Source of the DNA: Asterias rubens | Taxonomy: Eukaryota | Assembly: GCF_902459465.1 (NCBI RefSeq) | Contig: NC_047064.1 | Location: 21,142,001 to 21,206,000, forward strand | DNA length: 64,000 nt | Direction of reading: 5' to 3' | Part shown: positions 12,358-23,979 of the stretch, in pieces | How positions within the stretch are numbered: the first letter of the stretch is position 1 | Layout: every line of letters starts with the position of its first letter | Notes under the pieces: model-generated | The model's database searches: none | Seen by the model: only the letters and a program-made list of their open reading frames with translations | Told to the model about the DNA's origin: nothing | Position numbers and translations under genes: made by a program

Positions 12358-15300
12358 TTAGTATCCGTAAGGAGAGGCAGGAACCTCTCGTATGATGATA
12401 CGAGAGACGCTGTTCCACCCAGAGTAGCCGTCTGCGTTGCCGTATCCAGGACAATCACCAATGGCAAAACGGACGTCAACTTGTCCCGAACCCAGCGTGT
12501 GGCAGTAACCTGTGATTTGGTTAGAAAAAAAGAGATACACAAATCAAGAACTACTTATTTTTCACAACAATCTGATTTATAATTTTAAGGGTCTCGGACC
12601 AATGGGTCTAATCATTAAAAAAAAAGTGGAAAAAAACAAATAAAAAAGTTAAAGACAATAATCTTCTTCAATCTTCTTTTATAAATCAATGTTAATAATA
12701 CTTCACAAAAGAAAATTGTGTGCACATAAAATCCTGGGCAACGATTCTCGAATGGGCATTTTAAGCTCACCTTCTATGTTTCTGTGCCTGTGTAGATTCA
12801 TATGGTACGTATTTTCCTGATACACGACGCCATCAATTGGGATTGGTGAGCACTCGTTGTTGTTAAAGGTAAAGTACCATCTCTTGCAACAACCATGGCA
12901 CCCGTACAGTCGAAGGTTACCCCCGTAAGCGACATAGAGGGCGCTGTCTGAATAGCGTTTCTGGAAGGTGCATGTCTAAAGACAAATAAAAACATAACAA
13001 ATTCCTTGATAACACGTGATATGGTTGCCTTACAGAGGAAAACGGTATTTCAAAGTAAACTGGAAGCTTGTGCATTGGCTAAACAGTCTTACAAGATACA
13101 GTGTTTGTCTCTGATCTCCCCCACGCCTAACCATCACACTAGGTCTCTTAAGGCACTGGACACTATACAAATGTATATACTCAAAGTAATTTTTGGCATA
13201 AAAATCGTACTTGGTAACGAGTAATGGGGAGATGTTGGTAGTATAAAACATTGTGAGAAACGGCTCCCTCTGAAGTAACGTAGTTTTTGAGAAAGAAGTA
13301 ATTTTCCACTAAAATATTTGAATTTGATTTCGAGACCTCGTAATTCGATTTTGAGGTCCCGAGGTCAAGCATCTGAAAACACGCAACTTATTCCATTATT
13401 TTCGATGACCAATTGAGTTCAAATTTTCACAGGTTTGTTATTTTGTGCATAATGTTGAGATACACCAAGTGAGAAGACTGGTCTTTGACAAATACAAAAG
13501 GTGGCCAGTGTCTTTGAGGTAATAATTACTCAAAGTAATTGTTAGCATAAAAACTTACTTGGTAACGAGCAATGGAGAGCTGTTGATAGTGTAAAACATT
13601 GTGAGAAATGGCTCCCTCTGAATTAATAACGTAGTTTTTGAGAAAGAGGTAATTTCTCACTCAAATATTAAAAGACATCAGGCCTGAAGCCTTTTATTAT
13701 ATAGGCTTCTGAAGAAAGCACACACAACAATGTTGTTTTTTCTTTCATTATTCTCTTGCAACTTTGATGACCAATTGGGTCCAAATTTGTACAGTGTTGT
13801 TATTTTATGCATAATGTTGGGATACACCAAGAGAGAATACTGGGCCCAATTTCATAGTTAGCTTCTTAAGCGTGGAATGATGCTTTAAAATATTCTGCTA
13901 AGCAAACACAAGTAGGATACCAGTAACATATTGTACAGTGACATGGTAAACTTATTCTGGTAAGCTCCTTTTGTGCTTAAAGGCACTGGACACGTTTGGT
14001 AAATTGTCAAAGACCAGTCTTCTTACTTGGTGTATATCAACATGCATAAAATAACAAACCTGTGAAAATTTGACATCAATTGGTCGTCGAAGTTGCGAGA
14101 TAATATAATGAAATAAAAAACACCCTTGTCACACGAACTAACTTGCGTTATTTTGAGTAATGACCAATAGTGTCCACTGCCTTTAAACAGCTCTATGAAA
14201 TCGGGCCCTGGTCTTTGGACTAATCCAAATGTGTCCTGCAGCCGATTTCACGAAACTCTAGGATTAATCCTAACTCGAGTTAGGACGAGTAACCCGTCCT
14301 AACTTAGGATGGGTTCAATGCTTCATGGGTATTTGGATGCGGGACTAAACTCGTTCTAAGTCCTAAGATTAATCCTAAGTTCGGAAGAGTTTGGTGAAAT
14401 CGACGGCAGTGTCTTTAAGGGCAATGTCTTACCTGAATATTGGTGTCATAGTCGTTGCCATTGGCTGATCTCCAAGCACATTGTCTCCAGTTGTTATAGT
14501 CTAAGTATTCGGGTGCACCGGAATCGCCACCCGATCCTTGGGGGCCTGGAGGTCCCGGAGGCCCCGGTGGGCCTTGGGAGCAAGACTAGGGAAGATGTAA
14601 CAAAGAAAGGAAAGCTATTTTATGACGAGCCAGACTTGACACTGTTTTAAAGGCTGATTATACAATTACTTTTTAAATATTTTAGAATAAAAGACCAAGA
14701 CCAACTTCATCTCTGAGCGAGATAAATAATAACATTTCACAGTATGTCCTGTATAATTAATATGCAATTAATATTAAGAACAATTGCAGGGGGACATTTT
14801 CGTTACCTTTTAGGCAATATATTGTTTGAGTTACCTCTCAAACGCATTACTATTATACCAGTACATTGATAAGGGTAATTTCATTCCTGTTTTTAAAGTA
14901 TACTTAACAGCAAAAATATGACAGTAACAACTGCAAAGCAACCATAATATTTCAGACAAATTCGGGTTCCAACTAAAGCAAAGGCGTTATACATATTTTG
15001 CCATATTTGTAAAAGATGCTTATACTGACGCAAAGACGTCAGTGACTGGTGTGGCTACTGGCTACTGAATTGCTACTTACTGGCTACTGACTGCCTACTT
15101 TAAAGACGTTTATTTTAATGTTTATTTCCAAGTCCCAGTAAGTCAAAAAAAAAAGGCCCGGTCCTGGTAGAATAACCCTGTGGTGCAAGACGAGAATCTA
15201 GTAATTTAACGACGACCAAAAAACAGTCGTGTACTTCAAACTATTGTTCTATACAAGAACATCTCTTAAACTGAAAATAAGTTACTTACCGAACCCCAAG

Positions 15301-15376
15301 AGTCCACACACGGCACAAGAATCGCACAGCAGGATATAATGATCACAAACGTCACAGATGACGTCATATTCGCCAT
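12358..15376 (-). CDS. CTHRC1: CTHRC1-like secreted short-collagen protein, paralog A (198 aa)
   Basis: Exons (minus strand) 15376-15290, 14585-14433, 12975-12771, 12509-12358; all GT-AG, phases 0/0/1, 597 nt. Signal peptide MANMTSSVTFVIIISCCAILVPCVDS; (GXY)7 SCSQGPPGPPGPPGPQGSGGDSGAP; CTHRC1 C-domain NWRQCAW..TCTFQKRYSDSALYV..CHGCCKRWYFTFNNNECSPIPIDG..GYC..SGWNSVSRIIIREVP. The symbol denotes family membership, not proven orthology. Confidence 0.9.
13148..13517 (+). mobile_element. T2/Kolobok-type MITE in intron 2 of paralog A
   Basis: ttaaggcactggacac start, family body, ccagtgtctttga end. Confidence 0.75.
13843..14207. mobile_element. PIF/Harbinger-type MITE (GGCCCAATTTC TIR, CTG TSD) containing an inverted T2-MITE at 13977-14186
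   Basis: CTG|ggcccaatttc ... gaaatcgggcc|CTG; the same insertion site is seen in paralog B at 18478. Confidence 0.75.
14239..14406. mobile_element. PIF/Harbinger-type foldback MITE (cctaacttagga family) inserted in the right TIR of the T2-MITE
   Basis: ccgatttcac / gtgaaatcg inverted ends flanked by CTG/CAG; body matches 42303-42475. Confidence 0.65.
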
Positions 15377-16055
15377 TAAACATACGGCTAATTACCACAC
15401 GAATTTGGATATAACCAACACTCGCTTTGGTCTCGACAACTCGCTCTCTGTTTGAGCTTTCAGTGGGTGGCAGAGTGGAATCCTGTTATCGATTACTTAT
15501 TGTTATGCAGTGGCTATTTTCTGTTGTGATCGATACTTTCATCTGGAATAACTCGTGGACGTAGTGTTTACATAGAGTGCTTGGCTTCATTCCAATACTT
15601 CTTATAAGAACTTAGGCAAATATAAAACATGTGTTATCATTAAATTCACTAGTTGATTGCAATCACTTTTCATATTTAACAATGATAATAATGAATATAT
15701 ATATTGCGCATTACCTATCAATAAGGTGCTCAAAGCGCATGAAAAGACAAATACATGTAGTATTAATAGAGAGAGGAGAGACAGACAAGAAGGAAGAGGA
15801 AACAGTATTAGGTGAAGGGAAGAAAGAAAAAACTCCTTAAAAAGCTGTTTGAAACAAATTAAAGTTCAATCTGTCTTTAAATGTGTCCACGTCGCAGCTG
15901 TTACTATATCCCGAGTGTAAACTGATTCCCTTTATCGCCAGTGGTTTCGTTGTAAATCAAATACCCAAATAATGATGTGCGAAAACATTTCCACTGTATT
16001 ATTGTTATTATATAGTACATACATTCTTAATTATGCAGGTTTTTCAAACATACGC

Positions 16056-16188
16056 CCTTTTCGAAACGACTGGATTTGGCGTTGGATTCGGCTCAGGCTA
16101 GCTTGGCCCCCGTGGTTGTTTGGACAGGGTTTCAGACGAGAGGACGGAGCCTCAGAAGCCGAATCCAAAGCCGAAGCCGTGGTTTCGA
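16056..16188. mobile_element. MITE with TTTTCGAAAC TIR family (second copy ~24918-25028)
   Basis: Inverted arms ttttcgaaac..ggattcggct / agccgaatcc..gtttcgaaaa; absent from the homologous upstream region of paralog B (~20695). Confidence 0.65.
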
Positions 16189-16519
16189 AAAAGGCCATAG
16201 ATATAATACAAATGTTTATAAAGATAATTGCATAAAAGAACAAGCTGGTGGTCTCTAAAGCAAGAGCACCCATTCGATGCAAACATTTTGAGACACTGCT
16301 ATATTCAACATGCCTAAAACTATATATTATAGGAAACCGATCTCTGTTGCTTGGTTTACATGAGGCGATGGTCAACCAATATTGTATGGAACCTCATATG
16401 GTTCCTCACACCCCACCAGTGAGAATTGTTTTGAGGTGGGACTATTTTCGGTTTCAGAAGAAAACAGAACTCAAAACATGAAAACATGTTGTTATTTATC
16501 CCTTTTCCTAGCGCGTCAA

Positions 16520-17445
16520 CGAAACTGGACCTCAAACCTCCACAATTAGACCTCACATGTCCATGATACATACATGAGGCTTTGTTCAGTATCCCTTGAT
16601 CTGATGTTCTGTAAAGCAAGGCTGAACCTCACATATCCCTAACGATACTACAGAGAGAGGCTTTAAAGACAGAGTCCTCTCTAAGGCTCACAGGAGGTAC
16701 ATTAGGCCTAAACCTCCCATAATGATACCACAGACAATGGAAGTAACCTCATCTCGGTGACATAAAACTCCAATACGACTTCACGAGAGGCTCCAATCTT
16801 CATTTATTTACGTACCTCCGGGCGATGACGTAACAAATTCTGTTCTATTTAAACTAAGATGCAAACCTCACATGTTAACGAGAGGCTGTAGTCCCTAGTA
16901 TAGACTTAAATCGTTCTGAGACAAACCTCCTATGTATGGTGACAGGAGGTTCTTTGTGATGGAGAGGCACTGACGAAAAACTCCTATACGGTGATACAAG
17001 AGGTTCTGTTCATTTGAATAGAAACTTTCCGTACAATGGAAAGTATTCCATTCAAACTACTCATAATGCAAACCTCACACAGCGAGAGGCTGGACTCCTC
17101 CCTGTGAAACAAGAGGCTTCAAAGGCAATGAAAACAAACCTCCTATATATGGTAACAGGAGGTTCTGTGTAAGGGGCACTGACGAAAACCTTCAATACGA
17201 TGTCACAGGAGGCTATAACCATTCAAATATAAACTTTCCATACAATGAAATGCAAAGATTTGCTTCTCAGATCGCCAATGTACGATAACCAGGTGAGCTG
17301 AGACGAGACTCTCGCACCAACAAAGAGATAACAACAACCTCACAGAAGATTCTACAGGAAGTTCTACTCATGACGATGAGGCAATATCGATTTAGTACCC
17401 GTAAGATGAAGCAGGAACCTCCCGTATGATGATACGAGAGATACT
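16520..17445 (-). repeat. Degenerate array of ~15-18 short inverted-repeat units (AACCTC...GAGGT/C) 3' of paralog B
   Basis: Examples: aacctcct-atgtatggtgac-aggaggtt (16924), aacctcct-atatatggtaac-aggaggtt (17138), actttcc-gtacaat-ggaaagt (17024). A ~215-bp higher-order repeat runs 16921-17135 / 17135-17260. Confidence 0.7.
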
Positions 17446-20400
17446 GTTCCACCCAGAGGAGCCGTCTGCATTACCGTATCCAGGGCAATCACCAATGGCA
17501 AAACGGACGTCAACTTGTCCCGAACCCAGCGTGTGGCAGTAACCTGTGATTTGGTTAGAAAAAGGAGATACACAAATCAAAAACTACTTAATTTTCACAA
17601 CAATTTGATTGATAAATTTAAGGATCTCGGACCAGGGTCTAATCATAAAAAAGGGAAAACAAACAAAAAAGTTAAAGACAATACTCTTCTTCAATCTTTA
17701 TAAGTCAATTTTGATATTACTTTACAGCAAAAATTGTGTACGCATAAACTCTCAGTTGGGCAACGATTCTCGAATGGGCATTTTAAGCTCACCTTCTATG
17801 TTTCTGTGCCTGTGTAGATTCATATGGTACGTATTTTCCTGATACACGACGCCATCAATTGGGATTGGTGAGCACTCGTTGTTGTTAAAGGTAAAGTACC
17901 ATCTCTTGCAACAAGCATGGCAGCCGTACAGTCGAAGGTTACCCCCGTAAGCGACATAGAGGGCGCTGTCTGAATAGCGTTTCTGGAAGGTGCATGTCTA
18001 AAGACAAATAAAAACATAACAAATTCCTTGATAACACGTGATATGATTACCTTACAGAAGAAAACGGTATTTCAAAGTAAACTGGAAGCTTGTGAATTGG
18101 CTAAACAGTGTGGCAATGGACAGTGTCTGTCTCTGATCTCCACGCCTAACCATCACACTAGGTTCCTTTAAAAGACACTGGACACTATTGGTAATCATTC
18201 AAAGTAATTGTTAGCATAAAAACTTACTTGGCAACGAGCAATGGAGAGCTGTTGATAGTGTTAAACGTTTAGAGAAATGGCTCCCTCTGAAGTATTAACG
18301 TAGTGTTTGGGGAAGAGGTAATTTCTCAAAGAAACACACAAAGTGGTGTGCAGCAAGGGTGTTTTTTCTTTCATTGTTCTCTTGCAACTTTGATGATCAA
18401 TTGGGTCCACGTTTGTACAAGTTTGTTACTTTATGCATACAAAAAACAATGTTGGGATACACCAAGTGAGAATACTGGGCCCAATTTTACAGAGCTTCTT
18501 ATAAAAGCGAAGACAGGATGATGCTTAAAAATATTCTGCTAAGCAAACACAAGCAAGATACCAGTAACATAATGTACATGTGACATTGTAAACCTAGTCT
18601 GGTAAGCTACTTTTTATGCTTAGCAGCTTTATGAAATTGGGATTTGGGTTTTTTGGGACAATAATTTCCAAATGTTGGTAATTGTTGTCAAAGACCAGTC
18701 TTCTTACTTGGTGTATCTCAACACATGCATAATAACAAAACTGTGGAAATTTGAACTCAATTGGTCGTCGAAGATGTGAGAGAATAATGACAGAAAAAGC
18801 ACCATTGTCGCACAAGTTGTGTGCTTTCAGAGGCCTGAAATTCGAGACCTCAGCTGAGGTAATTCAAATTATTTTAAGTGAGAAATTACTTCTTTCTCGA
18901 AAACTATACGTTACTTCAGAGGGAGCCGCTTCTCACAATATTTTATACTATCAACAGCTCCCCATTGCTTGTTACCAAGTAAGTTTTTATGCTAACAACT
19001 ATTTTGAGTAATTACCAATAGTGTCCACAGCCTGTAAGGGACAATGTCTTACCTGAATATTGGTGTCATAGTCGTTGCCATTGTTCGCATACCAAGAACA
19101 TTGTCTCCAGTTGTTATAGTCTAAGTATTCGGGTGCACCGGAATCGCCACCCGATCCTTGGGGGCCTGGAGGTCCCGGAGGCCCCGGTGGGCCTTGGGAG
19201 CAAGACTAGGAAAGAGGTCAAAACAAAAGGAAAGTCATGTTACTATGAGCCAGACTTGACATCGTTTGAAGACGTATTATACAATTGTTTTTTAAATTAA
19301 TTTTGAATAAAATACCAACATCATCACTGACCAAGATTAATGATAATATTTTACAGTAAGTGCTGTGTGTTTCAAATGTGAAATTAATATTTGAGCAACT
19401 GCAGGGGAACACTTTCGTTATCTTGATCAAAAATTCATTGAGTTATCTCTCAAACGCAATGCTATTATACCATAACACTGATAAGGGTAATTCCATTCCT
19501 GTTTCTAAAATCTTCTATAGCACAAAATAGTAATATGACAGTCTAACAAACTGACAAAGCAACCATGATATTTCCGGCAATTTCGGGTTCCAAGTCAAAC
19601 AAGCAAAGGCGTGCATAATCTTTGCCATATTTTAAAAAGATGCTTACTGACGCAAATACGTCAATACTGAATGGCTACTGAATGGTTACTGAATGGTGAG
19701 GTATCAATATGTGTTTGGTTTGCGGTAACACCATGGTGTGTATCTAGTTGCTATTTTAATGTTTATTTCCAAGTCCCCGGAAGTCTTAAAGCAAAGCCCG
19801 GTCCTGGTAGAATAACCGTGGTACAAGACGAGAATCTAATCTAACGTTAGCCTTTAGTCAAGGCGCACCCGGCACACCGGATGGCACGCACAACCCAAAA
19901 AATGTAACGCACGAAAAATGACTATCACCGCGAGCGGCGAAGCCGCGAAGCGCCTTTACCAACTCGTTTTGGGGCCTTATGTTTTTCTTTACATTTTGCC
20001 AACGATTTTGGTGGGAGAAAATGTAATGCATAATGCATTAGCGTGGTGAGTTGCTGGCAAATAAGAAGCCACAATTACTTGCATGACGTCACAAGAACGT
20101 TCGATGCAAATTCGTTACATTTTCTCCCACCAAAATCGTTGGCAAATGTAAAGAAAAACATAAGCCCCCAAAACGAGTTGGTAAAGGCGCTTCGCGGCTT
20201 CGCCGCTCGCGGTGATAGTCTTTTTTCGTGCCTTACATTTTTGGGGCTGTGCGTGCTATCCGGTGTGCCGCGTGCGCCTTGACTAAAGGCTAATCTAACG
20301 TCGACTAAAAAACAGTCGTGTACTTCAAGCTATTGTGCTATACAATAACATTATCTTAAACTGAAAATAAGTTGCTTACCGAACCCCAAGAGTCCACACA

Positions 20401-20466
20401 CGGCACAAGAAACGCACAGCAGGATATAATGATCACAAACGTCACAGATGACGTCATATTCGCCAT
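17392..20466 (-). CDS. CTHRC1: CTHRC1-like secreted short-collagen protein, paralog B (198 aa)
   Basis: Exons (minus) 20466-20380, 19205-19053, 17997-17793, 17543-17392; exon sizes (87/153/205/152) and splice sites are the same as in paralog A; frame is open. Confidence 0.9.
18170..19037. mobile_element. MITE cluster in intron 2 of paralog B: T2-MITE (18170-18477), Harbinger-type MITE (18478-~18642), inverted T2-MITE (~18670-19037)
   Basis: Same families as in intron 2 of paralog A; gagaatactgggcccaatt junction is shared. Confidence 0.7.
19848..20292. mobile_element. Foldback (Mutator-like) MITE, 445 bp, ~190-bp TIRs, 9-bp TSD ATCTAACGT
   Basis: TSD at 19839-19847 and 20293-20301; arms tagcctttagtcaaggcgcac.../...gtgcgccttgactaaaggcta; empty site in paralog A intron 1 (~15200). 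Confidence 0.85.
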
Positions 20467-21527
20467 TAAAAATACGGCTAATTACCGCACGAATTTGGAA
20501 TATAACAAACACTCGCTTTGGTCTCGACAACTCGCTCTCTGTTTGAGATTTCAGGGTGGAATCCTCTCATCGATTACTTATTGTTATACAGTGGCGTTTT
20601 TCTGTTGTGATCGACATGTCATCTACACTGTTGTTGGTATTATGAACATAGGCCCCTACATTCTTAATTATGCATGCAGGTTTTTCAAACATACTTTATA
20701 ATGACAATGTTTATGAAGATAATTGCATAAAAGGACGAGCTGGTGGTCTGTAAAGCAAGAGCACCCATCAGATGCGAACATTTTGAGACCTTATTCAGTG
20801 CCTAATATAGGAAACCATCTCTGTTCATCGGTATACATGAGGCGAGATTTAACCAACACTCAGTATTGTATATGGAACCTCATAATATTCATCACACCCC
20901 ATCACAACGACAATGACTAGGCACTTCAATTCAAAAAGTGTCTGCTTGTGCTAATTTCTTAGACTGGTTTATAAAGAGATATATGATTTGAGTCATTGCA
21001 TGGTTAGGTATCAATATATATTTGGTTTGCGGTAACACCATGTGTGTATCTACTGTTGCCAGTTAGAGTTTGTTCTTAGAGAACTGTCTTTCTTTATTCT
21101 ACTACCGCGGAGTAGATTATCGGATGTTCGGGAGATATAGATTAATCTCTTACAAACTATTCATTCGTTTGTATTTCAGTGTAACGATTTATTTAAGACC
21201 AGTGTCCAATTTCATGGAGATGCTTCAGGGTCAAACTTGTCGCTTAGCACAACAATATGATGCTTAGCAGAATAAGCTTACCAGCCAAAGTACCATGTCA
21301 CACCATAATGTGACTGGTACCCAGCTCATTTTTGCCCAGCAGGAGATTGTGAAGAAAATATTTTCTGGTCAATCAGCTCAATCCAATTTGGCGCTAGGGT
21401 TTGAATTGAATATTGATTTGAGGATATTCGTGAAGAGGTCGCAATGAAACGGCACAGTGGCGAGAGGTGGTTCTCTTACTCAATGAAGTCAGCAATTTGG
21501 TTCGTCAATGTTTTGCGTATGGTAGAT

Positions 21528-21850
21528 AGACAAGCCTTGTCTCGTTCTAGGTTCTGTAGAAGTCAATGGCTTTAGCTAAAGGCTTTGGTATCGTCTGATC
21601 AAGACAAGCCTTGTCTCGTTCTAGGCTTGTGGCACACTCTGTGGAAGTCACTGGCTTTGGTTGTGGCTTTGGAGTCGTCTGATCAAGACAAGCCTTGTCT
21701 CGTTCTAGGTTTGTGGCACACTCTGTGGTGGAAGCCACTGGCTTTAGCTAAGGCTTTGGTATCGTCTGATCAAGATATATTTTGTCTCGTTCTAGGTTTG
21801 TGGCACACTCTATGGAAGCCACTGGCTTTTGCTATGGCTTTGGCTATAGC
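21528..21850. repeat. Minisatellite, ~4 units of 74-87 bp
   Basis: agacaagccttgtctcgttctagg.. starts at 21528, 21602, 21686, 21773. Confidence 0.85.
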
Positions 21851-22161
21851 TCCAGCTTTCAGCTACGGCAGTTGGAAGGAAATCGCTGGGCTTCATATAG
21901 GCTATGCAGCCACTTGCGGGAGAAGCCGTTTGGGTCACTACCCCCACGCATGTGCGCACACAGGGTGCCAGAACAGACTGCACCTTGGGTTGTGCTTCAC
22001 TTGAACAGAAAATAGTGTCCTTCCAGCAACCACGTGACCAAAGAAAACTGGTTCCTCCATGTCGCAACTCTCAACCCACAGTTCCGATTACATTTGGACC
22101 AAAAATGGCGTCCAGCAGAAACACATGGCAAAGAGTCGGGTTCCTCCCTGTCACAACTCTT

Positions 22162-22548
22162 TTAAAGACAGTGGACACTATTGGTAATCGTCAAAGACCA
22201 GTCTTCTCACTTGGTGTATCTCAACATATGCATAAAATAACAAACCTGTGAAAATTTGAGCTCAATCGGTCATCGAACTTGCGAGATAATAATGAAAGAA
22301 AAAAACACCCTTGTCACACGAAGTTGTGTGCGTTTAGATGCTTGATTTTGAGACCTCAAGTTCTAAATCTGAGGTCTCGAAATCAAATTTGTGGAAAATT
22401 ACTTCTTTCTCGAAAACTTTGACACTTCAGAGGGAGCTGTTTCTCACAATGTTTTATACCATCAACCTCTCCCCATTACTCGTCACCAAGAAAGGTTTTA
22501 TGCTAATAATTATTCTGAGTAATTACCAATATTGTCCACTGCCTTTAA
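22162..22548 (-). mobile_element. T2/Kolobok-type MITE, full inverted copy
   Basis: TTAA-flanked TIRs; body is the reverse complement of 8309-8668. Confidence 0.85.
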
Positions 22549-22804
22549 TACACAGCTTTGAGCAAGTTCTATCAAGGGGCTATATAGCTGTTGACCATTG
22601 TTGACCATTGGGTGATTTTGCCTGGTACCCAGGATTTATTTCATGCAAAGGCAACAATGGAACATTGACTATGTGGTTTACAAAATGGTCGCTGATCTAA
22701 CTTGCCCTTTGAAAACTGTTCACGAAAAGAGCGCCCTCTTCGGAATCACACGCGGGTCTCTGACGTCATGATTCGCCTCGACCTTTTCTTTTGCTTTCTT
22801 ATTG

Positions 22805-22955
22805 TATTGACCCCTTGCACGCGCGTCACACGCGGTGACCGATGCCACGCTCACCATGAAAAATGCGCACTTCACTGAATAACACACGTTGACATTGACC
22901 ACCAAAATGGTGCATCCAAGATTATTCTGATGACGTCAGGTGAAATGGGTCAATA
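22805..22955. mobile_element. TA-flanked MITE (TTGACCC(A/C)TT TIR); second copy 37305-37544
   Basis: tattgaccc... / ...aaatgggtcaata, with a shared body gcacgcgcgtcacacg..gacgtcaggtg; Tc1/mariner-like TA ends. Confidence 0.65.
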
Positions 22956-23664
22956 CAACTACAGACACTTTTCAGACATCGATTTTATTGTATTTTTACT
23001 TTAAAAAAATCTTATACAACAACATTAGTTATTAACAGAGTCAAAATCATTTATAAACTATCACCTATATAGGCCCTAATATAAATCTTTTAAATTATGC
23101 AGAATATTTACACTAACAAAACTTTATTACAATAAGTATGAAAAAAAGAAACTTGAAATTAAGACTAATAAAAAAGATTCAGAGAAAGAACTACTAAACG
23201 TGATCCCGTCCCATAGTTATATTGACCACCTTAAACATTCATGTTTAAAAGGAGTGTTTACTTGTGGCAATTATTTCAAAAATTGATGACCTCAAAGCAA
23301 TCGCACAACATCGGTAAACAGTATGTCGAAAGGCCCACACTTCGTGTATCACAACTTATATATAAAACAACAAACCTGTGAAAATTTATGCTCAATCGGT
23401 CATCGGAGTCGGGAGAAAATAACGGGAAAACCCACCCTTGTTTCCGCACGTTTCGCCGTGTCATCAGCATTTACAGTGACGAAAACCAACTATGGCCCTA
23501 CATTTGAAATTGTTGCGTTGCAAACGCACATTAACCGTCAACCAAGCTAGGCGCAATGTATTCAGCTAAAACTTTCACGTGGGGTGTTCTTTAAAACTTT
23601 GCTTATAAACAAACTGTACGTAGACAAACAAAATCGTATAGCCTAGGCCTATATTATGCTACCT

Positions 23665-23962
23665 TTAAAGGCACTGGACAGTGTTGGTAATTACTCAAAC
23701 TAATTGTTAGCACAACACTCACTTACTTGGGATGGGGTTTGTTTGTTTTTGATAAAGAGGTTATTTCTCACTCAATTTTTGTTTAAAGACTTCAGGCACA
23801 GTGCAACAAGGGTGTTTTTTATTTTGTTATTCTCTTCCATGCAACTTCGATGACCAATTGAGTACAAATTTCCACAGGTTTGTTATTTGTATGCATATGT
23901 TGGGATACACCAAGTGAGAATACTGGTCTTTGACGTTTACCAAAGTTGTCCCGTGCCTTTAA
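23665..23962 (+). mobile_element. T2-type MITE beginning 18 nt 3' of the paralog C stop codon
   Basis: ttaaaggcactggaca ... gtcccgtgcctttaa. Confidence 0.75.
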
Positions 23963-23979
23963 AGACCCAACCCCTGGTA

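Larger units (their letters stand above)
13520..14418 (+). mobile_element. Interrupted T2-type MITE carrying nested insertions
   Basis: Body runs 13520-13842, resumes at 14208 (ctggtcttt) and ends gtgtctttaa at 14418. Confidence 0.7.

Noticed and set aside
12798-12995. ORF-track peptide MFLFVFRHAPSRNA... (also 17820-18017)
   Set aside because: Wrong frame; the real exon is read in another frame as TCTFQKRYSDSALYV...
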